From a virus (lineage: Duplodnaviria; Heunggongvirae; Uroviricota; Caudoviricetes), in IMG/VR virus record IMGVR_UViG_3300012943_000001, positions 103,743 to 167,742 of that record: a stretch of 64,000 nt of DNA. One strand, given 5' to 3'. The number at the start of each line of letters is the position of its first letter. The first letter of the stretch is position 1. A program made the translations under genes and the position numbers. Positions 35,900 through 45,263 of this stretch are shown piece by piece. Under the pieces are notes generated by a model. That model was not told the DNA's origin and did not search any database. It was given only the letters and a program-made list of their open reading frames with translations.

Positions 35900-36781
35900 A
35901 TGAACGTAAAGTGGCTGATAGAGGACTTCGACGCGGACAACAAAATCTGGGAGACGGTCGCGGAGGTAAGACGCCTCGGCCTACCCTGTGAGATTGCTGA
36001 CTACTACAATTTCTATCTCAACGGCAACGTTGTAGAAGATGGGAAGAAGGTCTTGTCGAAGTTTCAGGATGACGATTGCGTCATCTTCCAAGGCTCCATT
36101 CAGCTCGCCCTCTGGATTAAGAGGAACAAGCCGTGGGTGCCGGGAATGTGGTTTGAACCTGAGAAGTTCAAATGCACGTACTTCTACTCGTACTTGGGTG
36201 AATTCCTATTCAATCAAGACTATATCTTTTCGACCATTGGAGAGTACAAGCGTCGTCGCGACATGTTCTACCACCTTGTTGGCAAGGATGATTGCTTGTT
36301 CATGCGTCCTGACAACGGGACGAAATCATTCACTGGTCAAATCTTTAAGAAGGAAACCCACAATACAGATTGGGCTTTCTTCGACACGTACACAAAGGCT
36401 GAAGACATTGTAGTCATTGCTCCACCAAAGCGTATTCACGCTGAGTATAGATTTGTCATAGGAGGCGACGAGATTGTAGGAGCGAGTATGTATCGCTATG
36501 AAGACAAGGCCCGCCTAATGCCGGGAGCCCCAAAGCGTGCTCATAATGTCGTCAAGGAAATCGTCAAGGTCATCAACAAAGACATGAAGATTGGAGCTAT
36601 GTATGTCGTTGACATAGCGGAAGACTACGATGACAAATACAGCCTCATGGAAATCAATTGCTTCAACTGTGCAGGTCTATACGAGACAGACAGGAAGGCG
36701 GTCGTAGCCGCAGCGAATCAACTCGCTTGGAACGAGTATCAAGAGTATATGAAGGTAGAAGAAGAGTTTTCTCAGTCTTAA
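35900..36781 (+). CDS. ATP-grasp fold enzyme (paralog 1)
   Basis: EYRFVIGGDEIVGASMYRY and MEINCFN resemble ATP-grasp B-loop / Mg-binding E-x-N. Confidence 0.55.
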   Translation: MNVKWLIEDFDADNKIWETVAEVRRLGLPCEIADYYNFYLNGNVVEDGKKVLSKFQDDDCVIFQGSIQLALWIKRNKPWVPGMWFEPEKFKCTYFYSYLGEFLFNQDYIFSTIGEYKRRRDMFYHLVGKDDCLFMRPDNGTKSFTGQIFKKETHNTDWAFFDTYTKAEDIVVIAPPKRIHAEYRFVIGGDEIVGASMYRYEDKARLMPGAPKRAHNVVKEIVKVINKDMKIGAMYVVDIAEDYDDKYSLMEINCFNCAGLYETDRKAVVAAANQLAWNEYQEYMKVEEEFSQS

Positions 36782-36784
36782 GAG

Positions 36785-37525
36785 ATGAAAACCATAGCAT
36801 ACATTCAGAAGGTTGGTGGCGAGTTCCCCAACATCAACTTTCTTACAGCTTATATTGCTCTGAAGAGATTCTTTGGATACAGGATTGTATTCTTTGAGAA
36901 CGTCGAAGAGATACTGGACTACGTAACTAAAGAGACGATTGTCTTTGGCGGCATTCCTGTTATGGATAAGGTCTTTAAGAGGCTTGGCGTCAATCCCATT
37001 ATCCCGTATTATCCTTATAGGCTAATAGATTTTACTGGACGCAAGGTCTGGAAGATGAGCGTCAAGAACGTTCGTCACGACGTTGAGAACGGAGCCGCAT
37101 TCTTTGTGAAGCCCGTAGAGGAAATGAAGAAGAGCTTCAACGGAATGATTATGTCGAAGTTCCTGCATCTTCTACCCATGCATCATTTAGACGAGGATGT
37201 TATGGTATGGTGTTCGGAAATCATCAAGCTCGAATCAGAGTACCGATGCTATATTCATAGAGAGCAGGGAGTGTTGGGTTGTAAGCATTATGCGGGCGAT
37301 TGGAAGAAGATGATTGATACATCCCTTCCTGAAGTAATGCGGCATATCTATTACGACAAGTCTCCTATCGCCTATAGTATCGACCTAGGAGTAACAGACA
37401 AGGGAGAGACCGTTCTCGTGGAATGTAATGACGCATTGTCACTTGGATGCTATGGCTTAGACCCTTCTTTGTATGGATGTATGATTGTAGACAGATGGAA
37501 AGAAATAATGAATGAGCCAAGGTAA
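36785..37525 (+). CDS. ATP-grasp fold enzyme (paralog 2)
   Basis: EYRCYIHREQ..., VLVECNDA motif; tandem to paralog 1. Confidence 0.55.
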   Translation: MKTIAYIQKVGGEFPNINFLTAYIALKRFFGYRIVFFENVEEILDYVTKETIVFGGIPVMDKVFKRLGVNPIIPYYPYRLIDFTGRKVWKMSVKNVRHDVENGAAFFVKPVEEMKKSFNGMIMSKFLHLLPMHHLDEDVMVWCSEIIKLESEYRCYIHREQGVLGCKHYAGDWKKMIDTSLPEVMRHIYYDKSPIAYSIDLGVTDKGETVLVECNDALSLGCYGLDPSLYGCMIVDRWKEIMNEPR

Positions 37526-37823
37526 GAAACAGGTCCGAAACAATTTCCGCGAATCCGTCTTCAAGAGAGATGGTTACAGATGCCGCGTATGCAAGAAGGT
37601 AGACGCTTTAGACGCTCACCACATCACGGACCGTAACGAGATGCCAAATGGCGGCTACGTCAAAGAGAACGGTATCAGCTTGTGTCCTGAGTGTCACCTC
37701 AAGGCAGAGAAGTTTCATATCTACGGCGGCAGAATCTATGAGACGGGCTTCCACCCCGACGACCTTTACAGACGCATCAACTCTTCAAAAGAAAAGGCGA
37801 CCAAAGCAAGTGAGCTACTATAA
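37512..37823 (+). CDS. HNH endonuclease (small)
   Basis: CRVCKK...AHHITDRNE...SLCPECH. Confidence 0.6.
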   Translation: MSQGKKQVRNNFRESVFKRDGYRCRVCKKVDALDAHHITDRNEMPNGGYVKENGISLCPECHLKAEKFHIYGGRIYETGFHPDDLYRRINSSKEKATKASELL

Positions 37824-37863
37824 ACCATCCTCCATCAAGCTCGTCGAATACAATCTCTTGAAG

Positions 37864-38211
37864 ATGTCGGACGAGAAAGTTTGGGCAAGACTTCTCCCTC
37901 TTACGCTTCCAATGGGTTTGGCAAGAGGAGCGTTCGAAGATATACAGTCTCGTAGTCATTCTTATGAGAAAGCAAAGATTTGCGTAGCTAAAGTGAATGG
38001 CCGCATTGTAGCGTGGGCATTCGTCAATAAGTTGGCGGGTATGACCTATTCCAGTTTGTGGGCGTTCACGCATCCATCTTATCGTCAAAAGGGATTACAG
38101 AGTGAGTACCTGATGCCGTACTGGGCCAAACGGGAAAAGAAATGCGGGTATCAGAACGACAACCTGCGTCGCAAGAAAACCTTTGCCGCTTACGAGCGAG
38201 CCAAAGCTTGA
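37864..38211 (+). CDS. GNAT-family N-acetyltransferase
   Basis: Motif A-like YRQKGLQSE; start at the internal ATG after the HNH stop. Confidence 0.5.
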   Translation: MSDEKVWARLLPLTLPMGLARGAFEDIQSRSHSYEKAKICVAKVNGRIVAWAFVNKLAGMTYSSLWAFTHPSYRQKGLQSEYLMPYWAKREKKCGYQNDNLRRKKTFAAYERAKA

Positions 38212-38240
38212 CTTTTTCGAAACGTTAGGGTATCTTAAAG
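38208..38240 (+). promoter_or_regulatory. conserved CTTGACTTTTTCGAAACG-type promoter upstream of dCMP deaminase
   Basis: gcTTGACTttttcgaaacgttagggTATCTTaaa. Confidence 0.5.
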
Positions 38241-38242
38241 GG

Positions 38243-38761
38243 ATGTCTGAAACCCTGCCAATCCCTTCATGGGACGAACTCTTCATGCGTCACGCCTATC
38301 TGATTGCGTCCAAGTCGAAAGACCAACGTACAAAGATTGGTGCAATCCTAGTAAGAGACAAACACGTCATTAGTGAAGGGTTTAACGGTCTGCCAATGGG
38401 TGTATGCGACCATGACCCTCTCCGCCAACTCCGCCCCGAAAAATACTTCTGGTTCGAACATGCTGAACGCAATTCCGTTTATTGTTGTGCCCGTTACGGC
38501 ATCCGCTCCGAAGGAGCTGTTATGTTTACTCAGGGCATCCCCTGTGCGGATTGTGCCAGAGCAGTTATTCAAGCGGGCGTATCCGAAGTCGTGGTTCATA
38601 AACAATGGCAGGAGTTTGAGACCAAGTTCTATTGGGAGAAATGGTTGGACTCCAGCAAGCGGTCTTCGGCAATGCTTAAAGAGGCGGGAATTCAAGTCAG
38701 AGTATATGATGGAGTTTTGGGACTCAAAGGTATGTTAGATGGGAAAGTGATAGATGTATGA
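38243..38761 (+). CDS. dCMP deaminase
   Basis: HAERNS and PCADCA zinc-binding motifs; start at the internal ATG downstream of the promoter. Confidence 0.8.
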   Translation: MSETLPIPSWDELFMRHAYLIASKSKDQRTKIGAILVRDKHVISEGFNGLPMGVCDHDPLRQLRPEKYFWFEHAERNSVYCCARYGIRSEGAVMFTQGIPCADCARAVIQAGVSEVVVHKQWQEFETKFYWEKWLDSSKRSSAMLKEAGIQVRVYDGVLGLKGMLDGKVIDV

Positions 38762-39087
38762 GCACTGCATACCACTTTATTATAAAGGAAATCGACTTAG
38801 TAGATGATTGCAGGCATAAAAGATACTTCAGACTCTCTTTAACAGGAACAAGAGCAATCACCAGCCTCAACTATTTCTTTTGGGGCACAAAACGCAGAAA
38901 CTACAAACCTAGCTACGTCAAAGGCACTCACCTGTACTATTGTCAAAGAGAGCATGAGTTTAACGAAGACCAAGAACGCCATAAGAAACAAAACCTTCAT
39001 TGGAAGGGCGAACTAATAGAGGTAGACTCTATCTGGGCATTCTATAAGGCAATCGGCTACGACTATAAGAAACAAAAATGGGTATGA
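38758..39087 (+). CDS. hypothetical protein
   Basis: 109 aa. Confidence 0.45.
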   Translation: MSTAYHFIIKEIDLVDDCRHKRYFRLSLTGTRAITSLNYFFWGTKRRNYKPSYVKGTHLYYCQREHEFNEDQERHKKQNLHWKGELIEVDSIWAFYKAIGYDYKKQKWV

Positions 39088-39470
39088 AACTAAAATTTAG
39101 AGTTTGGGATAGAAAACAATTTCGCTACCTTGCGACCGTAGATGGTTCTTGGTACGAGCTATTCTCCACCCGTGAAGAGTCTCTTCGAGTCGAACGCTCT
39201 GGTCAACGCGGCTTCCTATCTCTTGGGTACGCCATCCAAAGAGACGACCTCTTTATCGTCGAACAATATACTGGCGTAAACGATAACTACGGTACAGAAA
39301 TCTATCTCAACGACATCGTTGAAGTGAACGGGCAGAGCAGACGCATCGTCTATAGATACAGCGGTTTTTATTGCGAAGGTTCAGACTATGGGTTAAATAC
39401 TGTTTGGTTTAGAGGGGGAGACCCCAAAGTCGTAGCCTGTATGGCAGACACAATTCTTACAACATCATGA
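39078..39470 (+). CDS. YopX-like phage protein
   Basis: N-term MKLKFRVWDRKQ typical of the YopX family. Confidence 0.5.
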   Translation: MGMKLKFRVWDRKQFRYLATVDGSWYELFSTREESLRVERSGQRGFLSLGYAIQRDDLFIVEQYTGVNDNYGTEIYLNDIVEVNGQSRRIVYRYSGFYCEGSDYGLNTVWFRGGDPKVVACMADTILTTS

Positions 39471-40807
39471 TTCCATTGAATAAACTTAAAGCGGTCCATA
39501 TCTTTGGTGGAGGCACGGTCGCCCATATCACGAACCACTTCGCGGTATCTGCCCCTGCGTACGGAGCCACGGCCAGACAGCTTGAACTTATTATTCGTAC
39601 GAACGAGCATGGATGGTTTGACAACTGTTACACAGAGACGCATTTTACAAAGATGGCAGACCCGCAAGGCGACTCTAGGTTTGTCCTAGAGACTAATGAA
39701 GACGTTGCCGCCCGCATTGAAGGGTTGAAGAAAAGCCCGAACACTAAAGTTATCTTCTTTAACTGTGCGTTGGTAGATTGGACACCTACAGAAGGAACGT
39801 TGTGGCCTCGCGACGGCTCAGACAGTTACGAGAGTTTGAAAGCCGAGAGTCTTGGGAAGTATGGTCCTCGTCTTAATTCCAGAGACCATAGAGACATCGA
39901 CATTAGATTCAAACCTGCTGAGAAAATCATCTCCAACATTCGTAAAGGCCGCAAAGACATCTTCCTTGTAGGTTTCAAGACAACTTGCGGAGCGTCCAAG
40001 CAAGAGATGTTTGAGAAGGGACTCAGGCTTTGTAAGGAGGGTTCTGTTAATCTTGTCCTCGTAAATGATACAAAGACGCGTTGGAATATGATTGTAACGC
40101 CCGAAGAGGTGACTTATCATGAGACGAGCGACCGCATTGACGCCCTCCGCAACCTTGTCGAAATGGCGTGGCTTCGTTCTCAGCTTACATTCACTCAGTC
40201 AACAGTGATTGCAGGCGACCCCGTACCGTGGACAGACCCGCGAGTTCCTAGCTCGCTCCGTAAGATTGTAGACCACTGTGTAAGCGGCTCTGCGTATAAA
40301 GTGTTTAACGGTGCGACCGTAGGTCACTTTGCTTGTAAGCTTTCTGATACGGAATTCCTGACTTCAATCCGTAAGTCTGACTTCAATAAACTTTACGAGA
40401 ACGGTCTTGTCTATGTAAAGACGGACGGACCCGATAGCGTCATTGCTTACGGAGCGAAACCTTCAGTAGGTGGACAGTCTCAACGCATCGTCTTCAACGA
40501 CCATAAGGGTTTTGACTGTATCGTTCATTTCCATTGCCCACTTCGCCCCGGAAATCCGGGCAACATTCCAATCCGCTCTCAGCGTGAGGTAGAATGCGGC
40601 TCGCATCAATGCGGTAAGAATACTTCTGACGGTCTCGGTCATTTTACAGTAGCAAACAGCACGGGTTCGTATGTTATTAAAGCGGTCATGCTTGACCAGC
40701 ATGGCCCAAATATCGTCTTCCATAAAGACACGCCTCCTCGGCTCGTCATCGACTTTATTGAGAGAAATTTCGACCTCACGAAGAAGACGGGAGGCTATCA
40801 CCTATGA
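39467..40807 (+). CDS. hypothetical protein (446 aa)
   Basis: Gly-rich N-term VHIFGGGTVAHI (Rossmann-like?); Cys cluster near the C-term. Confidence 0.55.
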   Translation: MIPLNKLKAVHIFGGGTVAHITNHFAVSAPAYGATARQLELIIRTNEHGWFDNCYTETHFTKMADPQGDSRFVLETNEDVAARIEGLKKSPNTKVIFFNCALVDWTPTEGTLWPRDGSDSYESLKAESLGKYGPRLNSRDHRDIDIRFKPAEKIISNIRKGRKDIFLVGFKTTCGASKQEMFEKGLRLCKEGSVNLVLVNDTKTRWNMIVTPEEVTYHETSDRIDALRNLVEMAWLRSQLTFTQSTVIAGDPVPWTDPRVPSSLRKIVDHCVSGSAYKVFNGATVGHFACKLSDTEFLTSIRKSDFNKLYENGLVYVKTDGPDSVIAYGAKPSVGGQSQRIVFNDHKGFDCIVHFHCPLRPGNPGNIPIRSQREVECGSHQCGKNTSDGLGHFTVANSTGSYVIKAVMLDQHGPNIVFHKDTPPRLVIDFIERNFDLTKKTGGYHL

Positions 40808-41169
40808 GTCCGATTAAACAAAAAATCGCAATCGCGGAAGCGTGTGGTTGGGCGTGGCTTATGTACAATGCACGTCCCGTTCTGTTTGACGCGGACTTTT
40901 GGGCCAAGCATCCAGAAACAAAGAAGCACCAAATCACCGCAGAAGAATTGGCGGACTCGTATCAATTAGAGATTGGGATGGGCGGTCTTCCCGACTATCT
41001 AAACGACTTAAACGCAATGCACGAGGCGGAGAAGTTTTTAACATCAACAGACCTAGGTTGGAAATATATTGAAGTTCTTAAGAAAGTGACTTTCGAATTG
41101 CCTTGGTGTGCGACGGCCCGTCAACGAGCAGAAGCATTCCTTAAAACACTCGACCTTTGGACATCGTGA
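40804..41169 (+). CDS. hypothetical protein
   Basis: 121 aa. Confidence 0.5.
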   Translation: MSPIKQKIAIAEACGWAWLMYNARPVLFDADFWAKHPETKKHQITAEELADSYQLEIGMGGLPDYLNDLNAMHEAEKFLTSTDLGWKYIEVLKKVTFELPWCATARQRAEAFLKTLDLWTS

Positions 41170-41843
41170 GATACGAAGACAAAACACTTGAATTTAGGCA
41201 CTTTCTAAAAACCAACCTTCCGGGTCATGAAGCACTCGTTGATTACGTACTTCTGAATCCGAAGTTTATGTTATGGAGCGGCTGTTCTCATAAAGACCGC
41301 CATCATTACGGTATTGGTGGACTTCAATATCATACGTGGGAAGTTGTTCACCTTTGTAATGTGAACGCCTACACTATGGACATAATATGTAAGGGTAAGA
41401 AGGAGATAAATAAAGTTGTACTTCTCCTCGCCGCTTTGTATCATGACGTAGGCAAGATGTGGGATTATGTACCCGTAAAACCTTCAAGGCCCTCGGAAGA
41501 CTCTCCTGTAAGAGAGGTTGATTTTCAAGGATTGCAAGACTACGCAAGAAATGGAGCGGCAGACTTTATTCAATGGAAAGGTGCCAGTCACAAACGTACT
41601 ATCCATCATATTTCCCGCTCTGGTGTCGAATGGACTAAAGCTGTAACTCAGACTGGCGTGGGCAAAGAGATTGAAGACGAGGTTCTTCATTGCATCCTTT
41701 CCCACCACGGCCAAAGAGAGTGGGGCTCACCAGTTGCACCAAAGAGTCGTGAAGCATGGATGCTATTCCTTTGTGACGGCATCAGTGCAAGAATGAACGA
41801 CGCGGATTCATTTGATATGAAGGGGCAGGTTAAAAACGTATAA
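41157..41843 (+). CDS. HD-domain phosphohydrolase
   Basis: H...LLAALYHDVGK HD motif. Confidence 0.65.
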   Translation: MDIVRYEDKTLEFRHFLKTNLPGHEALVDYVLLNPKFMLWSGCSHKDRHHYGIGGLQYHTWEVVHLCNVNAYTMDIICKGKKEINKVVLLLAALYHDVGKMWDYVPVKPSRPSEDSPVREVDFQGLQDYARNGAADFIQWKGASHKRTIHHISRSGVEWTKAVTQTGVGKEIEDEVLHCILSHHGQREWGSPVAPKSREAWMLFLCDGISARMNDADSFDMKGQVKNV

Positions 41844-42118
41844 TGGGCGTCCAATACGAAACCTTCATGGGTGGTTACACTCCGATATGTAACAACTGCG
41901 GGGTTTCTCTATGTTGGGATATCAGTCCAAATGATTACGAAGAAGATAAAGACTTCTGGGAACAGTGGACTTGCAAAGATTGTAATCCGAACTATCAAGG
42001 AGCCTTAAAACGTTGGAGAGTCGAAAATGTCAAACGAACTAGAAGCGGAAGCGGCAAGACTGAAGGTCATACAAGACAAGGACCAGAAATGGCGAAAAGG
42101 CCCAAAGATAACACGTAA
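41843..42118 (+). CDS. small zinc-ribbon protein
   Basis: CNNCG...CKDC; 3' end overlaps the next gene. Confidence 0.4.
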   Translation: MGVQYETFMGGYTPICNNCGVSLCWDISPNDYEEDKDFWEQWTCKDCNPNYQGALKRWRVENVKRTRSGSGKTEGHTRQGPEMAKRPKDNT

Positions 42119-42329
42119 AGATATAGACCTTGCAATTAAGAACGGAGGCGAATTAAGAATGCCTCCAGACGAATTCGAGCAAGTAGACAAGACAATTAAA
42201 TTTGGAAAGCACAAAGGCAAAACATATAGCTTCGTATACAAAAACGATTCAAGATGGTTCTATTGGGCTATGGACAACATCCAAGGGTTCAGAGCCAAAG
42301 CAGAGGCGGCAAAATATCAAAATGATTAA
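42027..42329 (+). CDS. small protein with an FGKHKGKTY motif
   Basis: Good RBS GGAGAG-8nt-ATG; shares a FG.[HY]KG.TY...W motif with 42806..42997. Confidence 0.45.
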   Translation: MSNELEAEAARLKVIQDKDQKWRKGPKITRKDIDLAIKNGGELRMPPDEFEQVDKTIKFGKHKGKTYSFVYKNDSRWFYWAMDNIQGFRAKAEAAKYQND

Positions 42330-42816
42330 GAAATTTAGAGTAAGAGACATGGCACGCAAGTGCTGGTTAGATACCACAGAAACGTCACTACACGCGTTTA
42401 CAGACTACTTCATAGACTTTAGTGGTCTTGTCAGGGCGACCGAAGGGGCTATAGGAGAGTCTTCTAAAATGGAGTATGCGAATTTAGACCATACAGATTA
42501 TGGAGTGCGTCCTATAGTCTTTACAAGAGAAGAGGAACGCTTCAAGGTCCAGCAATACATCGGAATGAAGGACAAGGACGGTAAGGAAATCTTCGAGGGT
42601 GATATTGTAGGAGGGTTTGGCCGCGAATTTGTAGTCGAATTTGGCATTGCCCGACGTACTATAGGTAGTGGTACGTCCGCTTACGAGATTGACATTCCCT
42701 GTTTCTATTTCCTAGATACATCTACAAGCGAGAAAGTCTTTCCTATATGCGAGACAGACTCCCGCCTTCACGACCTAGCCTCCTTAACTATTACTGGCAC
42801 TATATTTGATAAGTAA
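42322..42816 (+). CDS. YopX-like phage protein (second paralog)
   Basis: MIKKFRVRDMARK N-term; start at the internal ATG overlapping the upstream stop. Confidence 0.5.
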   Translation: MIKKFRVRDMARKCWLDTTETSLHAFTDYFIDFSGLVRATEGAIGESSKMEYANLDHTDYGVRPIVFTREEERFKVQQYIGMKDKDGKEIFEGDIVGGFGREFVVEFGIARRTIGSGTSAYEIDIPCFYFLDTSTSEKVFPICETDSRLHDLASLTITGTIFDK

Positions 42817-42997
42817 AATGGTACTTCTTATTGGCGACGAATCCAACGCGACGCCAGCTTCAGATAACAAACTAACATTCGGTTGCTATAAGGGACAAAC
42901 TTATCAGTGGCTTTACGAAAACGACGGGGAATATTGGACATGGTGTATGAAAAACGTGTCGTGGTTCAGAGATAAGGTAAACAAACTAGTGTGCTGA
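42806..42997 (+). CDS. small protein with an FGCYKGQTY motif
   Basis: Paralogous motif to 42027..42329. Confidence 0.4.
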   Translation: MISKMVLLIGDESNATPASDNKLTFGCYKGQTYQWLYENDGEYWTWCMKNVSWFRDKVNKLVC

Positions 42998-43005
42998 AAT
43001 TGGTC

Positions 43006-43038
43006 TTGACTTTCCCAAAACACCACCAACACTGACCG
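43006..43038 (+). promoter_or_regulatory. conserved CTTGACTTTCCCAAAAC-type promoter upstream of the RNA ligase gene
   Basis: tcTTGACTttcccaaaacaccaccaacactg. Confidence 0.45.
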
Positions 43039-43041
43039 CTT

Positions 43042-44154
43042 ATGAAAATCGTCCTCTCAGATATCGACCCAGAGTCTTTCATGGTTCATCCGCACGAGAT
43101 TGCGGGTGAGACCTGCTATCTGGTTCAGCCTATCCATATCGGTGCAAAGTGGACCAAATCCAACTTGCACCAACGGTCCTCCGTGTGGAACGCTCAGGGC
43201 GAACTCGTTTCCGCTTCCTTCAAGAAATTCTTCAATTGGGCAGAGCAGCCAGACCTTGCATACACTCCTTTCTCCCTGACGGCGAACGGTGGATGTGAGT
43301 TGATTGAGAAAATCGACGGTTCTACTCTTATCGTTTCGAGGTATAAGGGCCAGACTATCATCCGTACTCGTGGTACAACCGACGCCTCTAAACTCGACAA
43401 CGGTCATGAAATCGAGTGGTTGAAAGACAAGTATCCTCGTGCGTTCAAGTTCCCAGATAAAGATGGGAATGACTACGAGACCGCACCGTACTCATTGATT
43501 TATGAGTGGGTATCTCCAGAGAATAAAATCGTATTGAATTATGGTGAAGACCCAGACATTTATTTGACTGCGGTTATCAACCATGACACCTATACACTTT
43601 GGCCTCAAGACGAAGTAGATGTTCTCGCAACCCTTCTTCTAGTGAAACGTCCAGCTCGCTATAACTTCGCGTCCGTGGCAGAAATGCTTGCGGCTGTCGA
43701 AGACCTAAAGGGCAAGGAAGGTCTCTGCGTCTACTGTAACAAGGGTCAAGATATCCGTAAGGTTAAGTCCGCATGGTATCTCGCGTTGCACCGTATGAAG
43801 ACGGAGTTTGGTTCGTACGAGCGTGTAGTAGACTTCTACTTCACGATGAACAAGCCAACCTATCAGGAATACTACCAGTTCATTGTAGATAACTACGATT
43901 TCGAATTGGCAGAGCAGTGCCGTGGTCATATCTCAAAGGTATGCGACGGCATGAAAGAGGTTGCCGTTCTGATTGCGGCTATGACCGAAAAGGTTGAACC
44001 ACTCCGTACGAAGTCCCGCAAGGATGCAGCCGCAGTAATTCTTCAAGCTTATGGCTTGACAAATCGCTCAGGCATGGCATTCTCCATCCTCGACAACAAG
44101 CCACTCAAGGTAGACGACTACAAAAAACTCCTGTACCAAGTAACGAAGGACTAA
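43042..44154 (+). CDS. ATP-dependent RNA/DNA ligase-family nucleotidyltransferase (Rnl-like)
   Basis: Motif I EKIDGS, motif IV EGLCVY, motif V RKVKS. Confidence 0.6.
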   Translation: MKIVLSDIDPESFMVHPHEIAGETCYLVQPIHIGAKWTKSNLHQRSSVWNAQGELVSASFKKFFNWAEQPDLAYTPFSLTANGGCELIEKIDGSTLIVSRYKGQTIIRTRGTTDASKLDNGHEIEWLKDKYPRAFKFPDKDGNDYETAPYSLIYEWVSPENKIVLNYGEDPDIYLTAVINHDTYTLWPQDEVDVLATLLLVKRPARYNFASVAEMLAAVEDLKGKEGLCVYCNKGQDIRKVKSAWYLALHRMKTEFGSYERVVDFYFTMNKPTYQEYYQFIVDNYDFELAEQCRGHISKVCDGMKEVAVLIAAMTEKVEPLRTKSRKDAAAVILQAYGLTNRSGMAFSILDNKPLKVDDYKKLLYQVTKD

Positions 44155-44155
44155 A

Positions 44156-44479
44156 ATGATTCCCGACAAGCTCCTTAATCTCAGCTATACCAAGCACGCG
44201 ATTAGGGAAGCTTGTTGCGAACGTTTTGGTAGTATAGAGCATCGTCCCAAGAATTTTATAAAGGTGGGTTGCAAGGCGGTGACCGAAAGTGCAGAGAAGC
44301 CTAACGTTATCAAAGCTACCTATATCTATGACGACTGGCGAGATGTCATTTTAGTCATAGACACCATAACTAAAACCGTAATTACAAACTACCTCAAACC
44401 CGCCCAAAACAAAGGCGTATTCAAAGGTCGATTTCGAATTCAGCCAAAGCATGAGCTACAAACTTTTTCTCGACGATGA
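44156..44479 (+). CDS. hypothetical protein
   Basis: 107 aa. Confidence 0.45.
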   Translation: MIPDKLLNLSYTKHAIREACCERFGSIEHRPKNFIKVGCKAVTESAEKPNVIKATYIYDDWRDVILVIDTITKTVITNYLKPAQNKGVFKGRFRIQPKHELQTFSRR

Positions 44480-44813
44480 ACGCATTCCTCAAAAAGTTTT
44501 TTGGGTTCCGCTTCCACTAGGCCCTTGGGTAATTGTCCGTTCTTACAACGAGTTCGTAGAGCACATCACAAAGAACGGTCTACCTGAGTTCATCTCTTTT
44601 GACCACGATTTATCCTTCGAAGACCAGAACGTTGGGGGAAAATCCCCAGACGAATACAAGGAAAAGACCGGGATGCACTGTGCTCACTGGCTGGTTAACT
44701 TTTGCCTTGACAATAACCTCAAGTGTCCTAACTTCACGGTCCACAGTATGAATCCAGTTGGTGCCAGAAACATCCGCTGCCTCCTCCAAGACTTTATCAT
44801 CTCACAAGAATGA
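44451..44813 (+). CDS. hypothetical protein
   Basis: 120 aa. Confidence 0.45.
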   Translation: MSYKLFLDDERIPQKVFWVPLPLGPWVIVRSYNEFVEHITKNGLPEFISFDHDLSFEDQNVGGKSPDEYKEKTGMHCAHWLVNFCLDNNLKCPNFTVHSMNPVGARNIRCLLQDFIISQE

Positions 44814-45262
44814 CGCTTTCAAATCTAGCTTTCAAACTCGCCGTGTTCTACCACGAGGGACAGACGCGTGAAAACGGTGTACCGTATATCACTCACCCTA
44901 TCGCCGTGGCAGAGATTGCCGTCGAATCAGTTGGCAACCTCTATTCTGAGGAAGTCATCGACATCATCAAAGCAATCGCTGACCTCCACGACGTTTTAGA
45001 AGACTGCGAAAAGAAGGGTGCGAGTGTCCAGTCTCTCAAGGAAAGCTTTAAGGGCTTCGCCAGAGCTGACGACGTAATCGACGCCGTAGTTTGCCTCACG
45101 AAAGTTGCGGGCGAATCATATTTCGTATATCTACAACGTGTCAAAGCTAACGAGTTTGCCAGAATCGTCAAGCTCGCAGACCTCCAACATAACCTCGGCG
45201 ACCTGCCTCCGGGCAAACGCCGAGACAAGTATCTCCTCGCTCAGTATTTCCTCCTCAACTAA
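44810..45262 (+). CDS. small alarmone hydrolase (RelA/SpoT HD domain, Mesh1-like)
   Basis: FYHEGQTRENGVPYITHP and LHDVLEDC match (p)ppGpp hydrolase HD motifs; 150 aa. Confidence 0.7.
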   Translation: MTLSNLAFKLAVFYHEGQTRENGVPYITHPIAVAEIAVESVGNLYSEEVIDIIKAIADLHDVLEDCEKKGASVQSLKESFKGFARADDVIDAVVCLTKVAGESYFVYLQRVKANEFARIVKLADLQHNLGDLPPGKRRDKYLLAQYFLLN

Positions 45263-45263
45263 A

